Shown piece after piece: positions 9,053 to 19,609 of a stretch of DNA of 64,000 nt (position 1 is its first letter; each line of letters starts with the position of its first letter). The position numbers and the translations under genes were made by a program. Source of the stretch: a bacterium. GTDB lineage: Bacteria; Electryoneota; Electryoneia; Electryoneales; Electryoneaceae. The stretch is taken from the NCBI GenBank assembly GCA_963669175.1, contig OY769902.1:416001-480000 (forward strand). The letters run 5' to 3'. The notes under the pieces were generated by a model. The model ran no database searches, was not told the DNA's origin, and saw nothing but the letters and a program-made list of their open reading frames with translations.

Positions 9053-10582
9053 ATGCAGTTCGGGTGGGACAAGACATTCCGAAACATTTTAGCGGCTCAC
9101 ATGTCGAACCGGTTCGACATGCTGCTGCCTGTGCTATGTGCGCTCATGATCACAACTTCTCTCCTATGGGCCGGAGAACCCACGGCCGACAACACTTCCA
9201 GCAGGGAAATCATCATCAATTCGACCCATCTTGAATCCCTGCAGGAAGTTGTGACGGTTGAAGGACACGAATGCCGCATCGTCCATATTTATTGCGAAGC
9301 GCCGGACTATCACTGGGTCGGAGACGACGATGAAGGCATCTCCTGCGTTGATGATGTGGCCCGTGCTGCCCGTTTCTACCTGAACGAATACGAATGCTTC
9401 CATCATCCTGAAGACGCTCGTATTGCAGCGGAAATGCTGGAATTTGTGCTGGTGATGCAGGCGGAAGACGGCGAATTCTACAACTTCATCTGGCCGGATT
9501 ACACCATCAACAAAACCCACCGGACCACAGTAAAAAGCCTGGACTGGTGGGCGGCGCGTGGATTCCGCAGCCTGGCGCTGGGAAGACGTGTACTGGACGG
9601 CTACGATGATGACCTGACCGACCGCCTCGATGCCGCCTGTATCAAAACCATCAGCCGTTTGCAGGAACAGTTCCGCACGAACCCTGAGCGAATAAAAGAA
9701 GAAATCGCCCCGGATATCGCCTCGGCATGGACACTTGGCCTGCTGGAGTGGCGCCAGGTTCATCCGGATGAATACCTCGATCAATTAATCGAACAGTTGC
9801 AGGGGTTAGTCATACCGCGTACGGCGTTCATCGGCCATTCAAACAACTATGTCATCCATCCCGCATGGCAGAATGTCTGGCATGCCTGGGGTTCCCTGAT
9901 GGTGGATGCGAGAATCCGTGCAGGTGCGGCTTTACACAGAGGTCGATGGACTGAGGATGCCTTGGAAGAAGCTTATGGATTCCAGCGTTTCCTGATTCAT
10001 TCTGGCTTTATCCATGAGTTTCATATCGAAAAACTGGACCTGGATGACCTGAAGGAAATGAACTCGGGAAATCCGGACCTGGCCCTTACAGAAGAAAACT
10101 CTTTCAAGATTGATGATGTAAAGGAATTCCCACAGATCGCTTACGGCATGGGGTCATTAGTCGCCTGTCAAAAGGCGGCTTATGAGTTCTTGAAACATGA
10201 AGGCGGGGAATCGGGTTGGGGAAATGCCACTGATTGGGCTGTAATGGCCGGTTTGGCGGCATCCTGGCTTCGCGGCAACAATGTAGCGGGTCAACAAATG
10301 TATGACCCCGAAACAGGACGTTTTTACGACGGTCTGATCAGCGAAACGGAGGTCAATTACAACAGCGGCGCAGAATCGACCATCGAAGGCTTGCTGGCGC
10401 TTCAGGCTATCCGTGGTCTGCCGGGCGCAGTGGAAGCGTATTACTCCACGCGTCAGAATCCATCTTTAACTCGCATTGGCGTCATGTTTCGCAACGAACA
10501 AACCGGGACCGTATACCAGCTTCGTTTCGATAACAAAGCTGGTGATGTGGCAAAGATTGTTCTGGATATAGAAAGGCCTTGA
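9053..10582 (+). CDS. exported putative (alpha/alpha)-barrel glycoside-active protein of unknown specificity
   Basis: hydrophobic signal; EGISCVDDVARA, Q..DGEFYNF, WWAARG, FPQIAYG, W..GNN...MYDPETGRFYDG, NSGAESTIE; start 9053 (good SD) or 9119. Confidence 0.65.
   Translation: MQFGWDKTFRNILAAHMSNRFDMLLPVLCALMITTSLLWAGEPTADNTSSREIIINSTHLESLQEVVTVEGHECRIVHIYCEAPDYHWVGDDDEGISCVDDVARAARFYLNEYECFHHPEDARIAAEMLEFVLVMQAEDGEFYNFIWPDYTINKTHRTTVKSLDWWAARGFRSLALGRRVLDGYDDDLTDRLDAACIKTISRLQEQFRTNPERIKEEIAPDIASAWTLGLLEWRQVHPDEYLDQLIEQLQGLVIPRTAFIGHSNNYVIHPAWQNVWHAWGSLMVDARIRAGAALHRGRWTEDALEEAYGFQRFLIHSGFIHEFHIEKLDLDDLKEMNSGNPDLALTEENSFKIDDVKEFPQIAYGMGSLVACQKAAYEFLKHEGGESGWGNATDWAVMAGLAASWLRGNNVAGQQMYDPETGRFYDGLISETEVNYNSGAESTIEGLLALQAIRGLPGAVEAYYSTRQNPSLTRIGVMFRNEQTGTVYQLRFDNKAGDVAKIVLDIERP
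9100..9121. promoter_or_regulatory. LacI-family operator O2
   Basis: perfect 22-bp palindrome CATGTCGAACCGGTTCGACATG with the same 14-bp core as O1. Confidence 0.8.
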
Positions 10583-10727
10583 CACTGACACCTGTTCAGC
10601 AGGTGAAGAACGAGTTTTAACGGAACGGGAACCGTTAAAAAAGATAGACCAAAAGGACACAGGGGAAAATTCGGAGCATGTGATTTGTCAAGACAAGGGT
10701 CTTGAGCAAGCAAGAGGAGGAAGTGCT

Positions 10728-13190
10728 ATGCAGTACCGAGCAAAATTTGTCGTATTGGCGATGTTGGTACTGGTGATGGCCTGGTCGGTCACATCAGCCA
10801 ACGAGATCGTCAATCCCGGGCTCGAGATTCAAGAGCCTGCTTTCTGGACCGCCAGCACAGACGCTGGCAACTGTGTGTGGGATCACGAAACAGCTTACAT
10901 GGGCGAGTACTCCCTGAAACTGGCCAAGATGCCGATGCACGATGGCTGCAACTGGACCAGTGTGAACCAGGTCGACCTGTACTGGAACAGCATGGACGCC
11001 GTGCTGTACACCATCGGCGCGTACATGAAGACTGAAAGCGTCAACACCAGCCCCAGCGGTGACGCTGAAAAGTGCGGCGTGGTGTATTACTTCAAGGATG
11101 CCAACGGCGATGACATCGTAGACCCGGTGTACATTGATGTAGACCAGAGCACAGAAACCACGGACTGGACCGAGTATTCCACTGAAATTCTTCTCCCTTC
11201 AGTCCCGGCAGAGTGCTACGCTGTAGCCTATATGGGCGATGATGCGTCCGGCTCCATCTGGTTTGACAGCTTCATGCTGGGCAGCGACCCCTGGACCGCC
11301 GGTTTCTTCGGTGACGGTGTGGAAACCCCGGTAGGCTGGATGAACTGGTTCAGCGCTGATGACGTTGGCTACGCTATGGTTTCGGACGAAGAAGCCTATG
11401 AAGGCGAATACAGCGTCAAGCTCGTTGAAGAAGATGAATTGACTGACGAAATGGTATTCTATTCTGAACCGGTAGAAGCCACTGCCAACTCCTGGTATTT
11501 CGTGTCCGTGATGGTGAAATACCGCGGCATGAACACCAGCGACCTCTATTTTGCCACGGAAACCATCCCTGAAAACATTCAGGATCGTGGCAACCTCTGC
11601 TTCTTCTTCCACACAGGCGACATCGCGTCTTCCTGGAACCTGACCGGCGGCGACAAGTTCCTCTACTTCGATCAGCGTGAAGAGATGAGCGATGGCTGGG
11701 TCATGCTGTACACAGTGGTGCAGGCGCCGGAAGATGCGTCCGGTTTCTCCATGCGTGCTCGTTTCAACCCGGCCGTAACCGGAACCTGCTATTATGACAA
11801 CTTCACCTTTACTGAAGTGACCTATGGCGATAACGTCATGGAGAACGGTAACCTCGACACCTACGAACCCTTCTTCTGGAACGTGGAAACAGAAGGCGGC
11901 ACCATGACCTGGGCAGACGATCAAGCTCAGAACGGCAGCCGCTCCCTGAAGATCGCAAAAACCGGAACCGGCACCCCCGCAGTCTGGCGTAGCGACAACC
12001 AGGCCACACAGTTCTGGAACAACATGGACGCCGTGCTGTACACCATCGGCGGTTGGGCCAAGACCGAGGGTGTGAATACCGCCCCGGCAAACGATGATGA
12101 AAAAATCGGTTTCCTCTTCGTCTTTGAAGATGGCTCCGGAAACGATATCGTTGACCCGGTATTTATCGAAGTCGACCAGACCAGTGGCACAACGGACTGG
12201 ACAGAGTATTCCACTGAAGTCCTGTTGCCTTCCGTACCCGTTAATGTGTATTGCGATGCCATGATGGGTTCGAATGCGACCGGTACAGTCTGGTTCGATC
12301 ATTTCCTCCTGGGCAGTGATCCCTGGACCGCCGGATTCTTCGGTGATGGTGTTGAAACCCCGGTAGGCTGGATGAACTGGGCCAGCACCGATGAAGTTGG
12401 TGTTGCCGATTTGTTCAATGTCGGTGAAGACGCTTACTCCGGTGAATATGTCGCCAAACTGATCGAAGAAGATGACAATGGCGACGAGATGGTATTCTAT
12501 TCCGTACCGTTCGGTGTGGGTCGTGGCCATTGGTATGAATTCAGCGCCATGATCAAAACAGTGGACATCAGCCCGCTGGATGACACCATGTGGCCGACTG
12601 CCAAGATCACCGACGGCATCAGCAATCGTGCCAATATCTGCTTCTTCTGGCACATCAACGACCTGGATAATAGCTGGGATCTGACCGGTGGCGATCAGTT
12701 CGCTTACATCCAGCAGCGTGAAGCGACCCAGGATTGGACCAAGTACGCAGTCCTGTACTGGGCTGGTGATGATGTAATGGGCGCATCCATTCGCGCACGT
12801 TTCAACAACCTGGTACAGGGTGAAGTCTGGTACGATGACTTCTGCATCCGTCAAGTGAACGTACCGGATGTCGCGGTTGAAGACGGTCCCTGGGCTGTTG
12901 GTCAGTCCACGATCCCGGATCGTTTCGAACTGGGCCAGAACTTCCCGAACCCGTTCAACTCCAGCACCAAGATTGCTTACATGCTTCCGCAGGCCGGTCA
13001 TGTAACCCTGGAAGTATACAACCTGCTCGGCCAGCGTGTCGCGGTTGTGTTTGACGGCTTCCAGCCTGCCGGTATGCAGACCATCAGCATGGACGCTTCC
13101 CAGCTTGGCAACATGGCAACCGGTATGTACTTCTACCGTCTCGCCACACCAGCCGGTGCAGCGGTCAAGAAGATGACTTACATCAAGTAA
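10728..13190 (+). CDS. secreted multi-CBM-like (4 jelly-roll modules) protein with T9SS C-terminal sorting domain
   Basis: GGAGG SD; signal peptide; NPGLE / SLKL / WFD modules; 344-aa internal duplication; LGQNFPNPFNSST...GMYFYRL...KKMTYIK. Confidence 0.82.
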   Translation: MQYRAKFVVLAMLVLVMAWSVTSANEIVNPGLEIQEPAFWTASTDAGNCVWDHETAYMGEYSLKLAKMPMHDGCNWTSVNQVDLYWNSMDAVLYTIGAYMKTESVNTSPSGDAEKCGVVYYFKDANGDDIVDPVYIDVDQSTETTDWTEYSTEILLPSVPAECYAVAYMGDDASGSIWFDSFMLGSDPWTAGFFGDGVETPVGWMNWFSADDVGYAMVSDEEAYEGEYSVKLVEEDELTDEMVFYSEPVEATANSWYFVSVMVKYRGMNTSDLYFATETIPENIQDRGNLCFFFHTGDIASSWNLTGGDKFLYFDQREEMSDGWVMLYTVVQAPEDASGFSMRARFNPAVTGTCYYDNFTFTEVTYGDNVMENGNLDTYEPFFWNVETEGGTMTWADDQAQNGSRSLKIAKTGTGTPAVWRSDNQATQFWNNMDAVLYTIGGWAKTEGVNTAPANDDEKIGFLFVFEDGSGNDIVDPVFIEVDQTSGTTDWTEYSTEVLLPSVPVNVYCDAMMGSNATGTVWFDHFLLGSDPWTAGFFGDGVETPVGWMNWASTDEVGVADLFNVGEDAYSGEYVAKLIEEDDNGDEMVFYSVPFGVGRGHWYEFSAMIKTVDISPLDDTMWPTAKITDGISNRANICFFWHINDLDNSWDLTGGDQFAYIQQREATQDWTKYAVLYWAGDDVMGASIRARFNNLVQGEVWYDDFCIRQVNVPDVAVEDGPWAVGQSTIPDRFELGQNFPNPFNSSTKIAYMLPQAGHVTLEVYNLLGQRVAVVFDGFQPAGMQTISMDASQLGNMATGMYFYRLATPAGAAVKKMTYIK

Positions 13191-13202
13191 CACTGCTGTT
13201 TT

Positions 13203-13235
13203 CCCGCCCCTGGTTTTTCCAGGGGCGGGTGCTTT
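13203..13235 (+). terminator. intrinsic terminator / stabilising hairpin
   Basis: cccgcccctgg-ttttt-ccaggggcggg followed by tgcttt. Confidence 0.7.
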
Positions 13236-13336
13236 GTAGCATGATATACCTGTGTCCCAGGTAAGTCGAATCACCCGTTGTCCTGTTATTTCACATAACC
13301 TATACGAATCGTTTACGGCGGATCTGGAGGGAGTTT

Positions 13337-16213
13337 ATGCGCTTGCGACACTTGTGGGTATTGCTCTTGATCGCATTGCTGTCTGCCAACCTGGCTATTG
13401 CCGGAACAACCGGAAAAATTGCCGGGACAGTGACCGATGCGGATACAGGAGAACCTCTGGCGGGGGTAAACGTGATCGTGGAAGGCACCTATCGAGGAGC
13501 TGCCACCGATCTCGCTGGCCAGTACACTATTCTGAACATCTCCCCCGGCATCTACACGGTCAAGTTTTCATCGGTCGGATACAACCCGATTGCATACGAC
13601 AACGTGCAAGTCTCTATTGATCGTACCGTCCATCTCGATGCTGAACTGGGCCAGGAAGTGCTGGCGGCAGGCGAAGAGGTGGTCTTTGTCGCACGCCGTC
13701 CAACGATCAAGATGGATGTCACCTCTACAGAAGTAAGTGTAGGCAGTGACCAGATCGATGCCATCCCGGTAGAGAATTTCGGCGATGTCGTCAATCTCCA
13801 GGCCGGTGTGGTGGAAGGACACTTCCGTGGTGGTCGTTCCAGTGAAGTTGTATACATGATTGATGGTGTTGTGATGTCCGATCCGTTCTCCAGCGCTGAT
13901 CCGTTCGGACGATCTACCTCCAACCAGGTTGAAAACGCCGCAATCCAGGAAATCCAGGTTATCGCCGGCACCTTCAATGCGGAATACGGCCAGGCGATGA
14001 GTGGTGTGGTCAACGTGGTCACTAAGGATGGTGATCGCGAGAAATATCACGGTAGCATCACCACAGCCTTTGGCGACTACATTTCCAACCGTTCTCTCGA
14101 AGTTGGCATGTACGACGACACGCCGGAAGAAGAAACTTACCTGGACGATATCAATCCCGGCCATTTGCAGGATTACCAGGGAAGCCTGAGCGGACCTGTA
14201 CCGTATGCATCCGGGAAGTTGACTTTCTTTGCCAGTGGACGATATCAGAATGATCATGGACGGTTGTACGGTCAACGAATATTCCTGCCGTCCGATTCCA
14301 GCAATTTCACGGATATAGATTCAGACAACTGGCACATCGAACGATCCGGGGATAATGCCCTGGTAACGCTTGATCCATTTGAGAAAAGTTCCGGACAAGC
14401 CAAGTTGACATGGTTCCTGAGCCCTGAAATCAAGATGACTTATTCCATAATGATGGACAATATGAAGTTTTCCAGTATTGGCAAGGGTGACCTTGGTGGC
14501 GGAATTGAAGACGATGATGATGAAGATTTACGCTTGTTCAAGTATAACCCCGACGGTATGTATCACATTTACCGCACTGGCGAGAACCACATCCTTGGCA
14601 TCAATCACGTATTAAACGGAAAGACATTCTACGATCTGCGTCTGTCGTACTCTTCCAACACGCACAAGTTCCATGTTTATGAAGATCCATACAGCACAGA
14701 TTATGTCAACCCGGACCGGTTGACTGATGCACAGGGTAACGCCTTTTACACTGGCGGTACCGGGATGTGGCATCACTGGCGCAGAACACGGAAGGCAAGT
14801 GTTCAACTGGATATGACACATCAGCTCAATCAACTGCATTTGTTAAAGGGTGGCTTTGAACTGCAGCAGTATCAGCTCGAACTGGAAGAATATAAACTGT
14901 TGTGGGATGAGCAGACCTGGACGCAGGAAATCATGTACAATTCAGTCTGGTTCAACAAATACTCATCACATGATGCCCGTAGCCCACTGGGCGGATTTCC
15001 CTTCAGCGATGAGGGCTATCGTCCAACCTCTTTCTCGGGCTATTTACAGGACAAGATGGAATATGAATCCATGGTGGTCAATTTCGGCCTGCGCTTTGAT
15101 TATTTCCATTCAGACGGTGTTGTGCCAACAGATTTCAGAGATCCCGGCAACGATTCACTTTCCTATTACGATTACGACACAAGCGAGACGATTGAAGGGC
15201 TTGACCCGGTCAATCCCAGTAACGAAGACGGAACCTATAATGCCTGGCATTACAAGTACCGCGACGCAAAAGCGTTTACCCAGGTGTCGCCCCGTATTGG
15301 TGTGGCTTTCCCCTTAACTGCCGCCGGGGTGATTCACTTCAGCTATGGACACTTTTTCCAGGTGCCGCCCTTCCAGTATCTCTACCACAATCCTGATTTC
15401 GAAGTTATCTCGGGAAGCTTGAAATCCAAGGTCGGCAATGCAGAGCTGAAACCGCAGCGAACGGTGATGTATGAAATCGGCTTCAAGCAGGAATTGGCCC
15501 CTCGACTGGGCATGAACGCCACCTTGTTCTACAAGGATATCCGCAACCTGCTTGCAACCGAAGTCCTGATCCGGTATGACCAGGAGAAATACGCCCGGTA
15601 CGTGAACAAGGACTACGCCAATGTACGCGGCTTCACTCTTGCCCTGAACCACCAGATGGTCGATGGATTTGCTTTCTCGCTGGATTATACCTACCAGATC
15701 GCGGAAGGCAATGCTTCAGATCCCAACGAGGTCTACAAGGACAACCAGGCTGACCCGCCGCGTGATCCGGAAAAGAAAGTGCGTCCCCTGGACTGGGATC
15801 AGACCCACACGGTCAATGCAGTCATTTCCTACGCCCTTCCCGGACAGTGGAACTTCGGTATTATCGGCAGCATGGGTAGCGGTCTACCCTACACATCACA
15901 TCCCTGGCTGGAGCCGGAAGGTGAGATGAACGACAGTCGTAAACCCATGCATTACAATATAGATGTGAAAGCATCCAAGGGATTTGACCTTGGTGAACAG
16001 ATGCGAGCGACAATAACTCTTTGGATCTACAATATCTTTGACATTAAAAACGAGACTGATGTCTATTCCGATACGGGTCGGGCAACCTACACCATGGAAG
16101 CCATGCAGAGCACATTGATCCGCGGAATCAACACAGCAGATGATTACTACACTCATCCGGACTGGTATTCCACACCGAGACAGGTCAAACTCGGCTTGAG
16201 TGTCAGCTTTTAA
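13337..16213 (+). CDS. TonB-dependent receptor with N-terminal carboxypeptidase-regulatory-like domain
   Basis: GKIAGTVTDADTGEPLAGVNV, RGGRSSEVVYMIDG plug, FNAEYGQAMSGVVNVVTK, SPRIG, PRQVKLGLSVSF ending in Phe. Confidence 0.92.
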   Translation: MRLRHLWVLLLIALLSANLAIAGTTGKIAGTVTDADTGEPLAGVNVIVEGTYRGAATDLAGQYTILNISPGIYTVKFSSVGYNPIAYDNVQVSIDRTVHLDAELGQEVLAAGEEVVFVARRPTIKMDVTSTEVSVGSDQIDAIPVENFGDVVNLQAGVVEGHFRGGRSSEVVYMIDGVVMSDPFSSADPFGRSTSNQVENAAIQEIQVIAGTFNAEYGQAMSGVVNVVTKDGDREKYHGSITTAFGDYISNRSLEVGMYDDTPEEETYLDDINPGHLQDYQGSLSGPVPYASGKLTFFASGRYQNDHGRLYGQRIFLPSDSSNFTDIDSDNWHIERSGDNALVTLDPFEKSSGQAKLTWFLSPEIKMTYSIMMDNMKFSSIGKGDLGGGIEDDDDEDLRLFKYNPDGMYHIYRTGENHILGINHVLNGKTFYDLRLSYSSNTHKFHVYEDPYSTDYVNPDRLTDAQGNAFYTGGTGMWHHWRRTRKASVQLDMTHQLNQLHLLKGGFELQQYQLELEEYKLLWDEQTWTQEIMYNSVWFNKYSSHDARSPLGGFPFSDEGYRPTSFSGYLQDKMEYESMVVNFGLRFDYFHSDGVVPTDFRDPGNDSLSYYDYDTSETIEGLDPVNPSNEDGTYNAWHYKYRDAKAFTQVSPRIGVAFPLTAAGVIHFSYGHFFQVPPFQYLYHNPDFEVISGSLKSKVGNAELKPQRTVMYEIGFKQELAPRLGMNATLFYKDIRNLLATEVLIRYDQEKYARYVNKDYANVRGFTLALNHQMVDGFAFSLDYTYQIAEGNASDPNEVYKDNQADPPRDPEKKVRPLDWDQTHTVNAVISYALPGQWNFGIIGSMGSGLPYTSHPWLEPEGEMNDSRKPMHYNIDVKASKGFDLGEQMRATITLWIYNIFDIKNETDVYSDTGRATYTMEAMQSTLIRGINTADDYYTHPDWYSTPRQVKLGLSVSF

Positions 16214-16228
16214 CGGAGGCAGAAAACC

Positions 16229-19200
16229 ATGAGCATGATTACCTGGAAACGTGCAATCGTGATGAACCGGGTGAAAGCTGCGGTGGTGACAGGCCTCCTG
16301 TTCCTGCTGGCAGCTACGGTTGTGGCGGAAGGCCCTTATGGAAGCCGTCTGCACCGGAAACGCGGGATCATGGATGGCAACCTGATCCAGACAGAATTCT
16401 TCAACTACGGAATGATCGCCGAGTATCCAAACCAGCCCGGCGGTGTCTGGCCCAAAGGAACCAACCACAGCTACATCGATGGTGTAGCCATGATTGTCGC
16501 GGCGTCAACCTATGATATAAACGGAAACCTGATCCATCCGATTTCTACACAGTATCGTGAAGAAATGGATTACGATCCTGTATCCAGTTTCCCAATGGGC
16601 TGGGAACCCTTGCCCGGTTACGCCAATCCCAACCAGGATGAACCGGCGATCAGCGACAATACCAAATCCTGGCCCTGGACCTGGCCGGATCGTGAATCTT
16701 CCTGGGATGGTTACTGGAACGGCTATTTCGGCAAAGGTGTTGCCAATGCCGATCTGGAAACCTATTTCAAGATGGATGATGCTCAGGACGACGAGTATGA
16801 ATTCTATCCTGATGCCACCGACAGCTTGAGGCGTGGTCTTGGATTGGAAGTCGGTGTCCGCGCTTTCCAGTGGAACCACATCCTTGCTGAGGACTGTATT
16901 TTCTGGCATTACGACATCACCAACATTGGCACTACAGATTACGATTCCACCGTGTTCGGTTTCTACATCGACTGGGGTGTTGGCGGCACGTACAACAGCA
17001 GCGATGACGCCGGCAGCTATTTTACTGATATCGACCTTGCATACGCCTGGGATGTCGACGATGAAGGTGATAACGGTTGGTCACCGGTCGGGTATTCCGG
17101 CTTCGCCTTCCTGGAAAGCCCGGGTGACGCCACTGACGGCATTGACAATGATGGTGACGGCCTGATTGATGAAACCCGCGATGATGGCATCGACAACGAT
17201 GGCGACTGGGATGCGTTCGCCGACCGTAACCTGAACGGTGTCTGGGATGAAGGCGAACCGTTGCAGGACGACCTGGGCGCAGACGGTATCGGGCCGAATG
17301 ACCTTGCCTATACCATGCCGGACGCTGGCGAGGGAGACGGTGAACCGACACCGGGCGAACCGGACTTTGACGCACTGGACAAAGATGAATCCGATCAGAT
17401 CGGTCTTACCTCATTCTTCATTTTCGCGGTACACGATTACGGATTGCACCGTGAAGAGGAAAATTGGCATTTGATGAGCCAGCTCGTTCCTCCTACCGGC
17501 GAACAGCTCGCGGGTGTCAACCTGGCCATGATGTTCTATTCCGGCACTTTCCCGCTTTCTGTCGGGCAGGTTGAACGATTTTCCATGGCCCTGCTGTTTG
17601 GCAACGACCAGGACGACTTGATTCGCAACAAAAAAACTGTACAATCCATTTACAACGCCAACTACAACTTCGCCCAACCTCCGTACAAACCAACACTTAC
17701 AGCCCTCGCAGGAAACGAAAAGGTAACCCTGTACTGGAACGACTGGGCAGAGGAATCATATGACCGCTTCCTGCAGGAACGTGATTTTGAAGGCTACAGG
17801 ATATACCGTTCCACCGATCCGAGTTTCATTGATTCGAAGATTATCACCGATGCGTATGGCAACGCTGCCTATCGCAAACCGCTCGAACAGTTTGACCTGA
17901 AGGATGGCCGCTACGGCACTCATCCGGTCAATGTGTATGGCGCGGCGTTTGACCTGGGTGAAGACACCGGCTTGCGTCACAGCTATATCGATACCACGGT
18001 CATGAATGGTATCACCTATTATTACGCCGTCGTGTCTTACGATTACGGCTACATTGAGGGTGAAACCCAGATTGACACCCTTTGGTTGCACAACTCGGAC
18101 AGCACCTGGTATGAACTGGAGGTCAGGTTTGTGCCTGAGCTGGACCCGACAGGAAACATTGTCGGGATTGCCCCGTCCGAATGCCCGAGTGTCATAGTCG
18201 GTGAAGTGGGTGGAAATGTTTCTCTTGATATCAATACGGCAGCAGTAACCCCGAACGCCCCGGCAGCAGGGTATCGTCCCCCACGCGTAGAAGGCGGTGT
18301 TCAGCATATTGCCGGAGGCGCTTCGGGAAGCATAGACGTGACCATACTGGATCGTGATTCGCTGCAGGATGGCCATACCTACGAAGTACATTTTGAAAAC
18401 GCTGCAACGTACGGGAGTATCATCGCGCCTTTCCCGGATAAATTCCACATCATCGACATTACGGACCAGGATACGTTGTATTCCGGTGAATCGGGCGAGT
18501 TTGGCTACTTTGCACACTATGCGGATGGTGATCCCCTGTTCTGGGTGGATCCGGGTGTATTGATGACCAACAGGATATTCATGGAAAACCCGGATGCTGA
18601 CACGATCAGCTTCTGGCATCAGTCACAGATTTATATTGAACCGCCGATTCTTGAAGGCATGTCAATTATTCCTAACAATGCCTATATCAATTATAAAAAC
18701 CCGTTGGACGATGGTATCGAGGCTGTCTACAGCGACATAGTCAACAATCCCACATATCGTGGAGAAATTGGTCTGTATACGGATAATAACGGCACCCAGT
18801 TATCCATGAAAGTACCCTACGATTATGAAATCCGCTGGTATGATGAGATCGTAGACACGTCCACCAACGCCCTTGGTTATTCCAGTATTCCGGTGAACTT
18901 CACAGTCACCAATACAACACTGGATGAGCCATCTGAATTCGTGTACCGTGCAACCGAAGGCATCTTCTTCAGGGCAGATGGCACGCCTGACACAATCGTG
19001 ATTAAAACGGTTATCCTTCCTTACATGAGCTATCGTGATACTCTTGCCAACCGAAATCGGCATGTGTTTGGACCATCATTGCAGCTTTTTGTCAACAACG
19101 ATGCGGTTGATACAGTCGTCACCGGTATGGATACAACCATTGTCAGAACAGACATGGTCATTGTTCAACCCGGCGAAGGAGACATGGTTGGCTGGAAAGT

Positions 19201-19597
19201 TCCAATCCCGTTCAACGAAGATGATGTGTACCAGTTTACCGTAAAACAGGGCAGCCTGAGTAACTCACTGGCCAAGCAGGAAATAGACCAGGTTGCGGTT
19301 GTGCCCAATCCATATGTAGCAACAGCAATCTGGGAGCCGAATCTTGGCTACAGGCAGGGGCGAGGGGATCGAAAGATTGACTTCATCCATCTGCCAAGAC
19401 GATGTACCATCCGGATATACACCATCAGCGGCTACCTGGTTGATACCATTGAGCATGACACGTCAATGGAAGATGGCGCTGAGTCCTGGGATCTCATATC
19501 CAAGGATGGCATGGATGTCGCATACGGGGTTTACATCTTCCATGTCGATGCCCCGGGTGTAGGCGAGCATATCGGCAAATTTGCGGTGATCAAGTAG
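16229..19597 (+). CDS. large secreted TBDR-partner protein (DxDxDG Ca-binding repeats, FN3-like module, T9SS-like C-terminus)
   Basis: DGIDNDGDGLIDE repeats; VTLYW...FEGYRIYRS...YYYAVVSYD; VVPNPY...IRIYTISG...WDL...GVYIFHV...GKFAVIK. Confidence 0.75.
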   Translation: MSMITWKRAIVMNRVKAAVVTGLLFLLAATVVAEGPYGSRLHRKRGIMDGNLIQTEFFNYGMIAEYPNQPGGVWPKGTNHSYIDGVAMIVAASTYDINGNLIHPISTQYREEMDYDPVSSFPMGWEPLPGYANPNQDEPAISDNTKSWPWTWPDRESSWDGYWNGYFGKGVANADLETYFKMDDAQDDEYEFYPDATDSLRRGLGLEVGVRAFQWNHILAEDCIFWHYDITNIGTTDYDSTVFGFYIDWGVGGTYNSSDDAGSYFTDIDLAYAWDVDDEGDNGWSPVGYSGFAFLESPGDATDGIDNDGDGLIDETRDDGIDNDGDWDAFADRNLNGVWDEGEPLQDDLGADGIGPNDLAYTMPDAGEGDGEPTPGEPDFDALDKDESDQIGLTSFFIFAVHDYGLHREEENWHLMSQLVPPTGEQLAGVNLAMMFYSGTFPLSVGQVERFSMALLFGNDQDDLIRNKKTVQSIYNANYNFAQPPYKPTLTALAGNEKVTLYWNDWAEESYDRFLQERDFEGYRIYRSTDPSFIDSKIITDAYGNAAYRKPLEQFDLKDGRYGTHPVNVYGAAFDLGEDTGLRHSYIDTTVMNGITYYYAVVSYDYGYIEGETQIDTLWLHNSDSTWYELEVRFVPELDPTGNIVGIAPSECPSVIVGEVGGNVSLDINTAAVTPNAPAAGYRPPRVEGGVQHIAGGASGSIDVTILDRDSLQDGHTYEVHFENAATYGSIIAPFPDKFHIIDITDQDTLYSGESGEFGYFAHYADGDPLFWVDPGVLMTNRIFMENPDADTISFWHQSQIYIEPPILEGMSIIPNNAYINYKNPLDDGIEAVYSDIVNNPTYRGEIGLYTDNNGTQLSMKVPYDYEIRWYDEIVDTSTNALGYSSIPVNFTVTNTTLDEPSEFVYRATEGIFFRADGTPDTIVIKTVILPYMSYRDTLANRNRHVFGPSLQLFVNNDAVDTVVTGMDTTIVRTDMVIVQPGEGDMVGWKVPIPFNEDDVYQFTVKQGSLSNSLAKQEIDQVAVVPNPYVATAIWEPNLGYRQGRGDRKIDFIHLPRRCTIRIYTISGYLVDTIEHDTSMEDGAESWDLISKDGMDVAYGVYIFHVDAPGVGEHIGKFAVIK

Positions 19598-19609
19598 GAG
19601 GAACCAACC

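Noticed and set aside
10990-12380. Near-identical repeats as a DGR template/variable pair
   Set aside because: Both copies are in-frame in one gene, differences are mostly synonymous and not adenine-specific, and no reverse transcriptase is present
11199-13274. 691-aa antisense ORF
   Set aside because: Shadow of the strongly codon-biased CBM gene; no motifs or start signals
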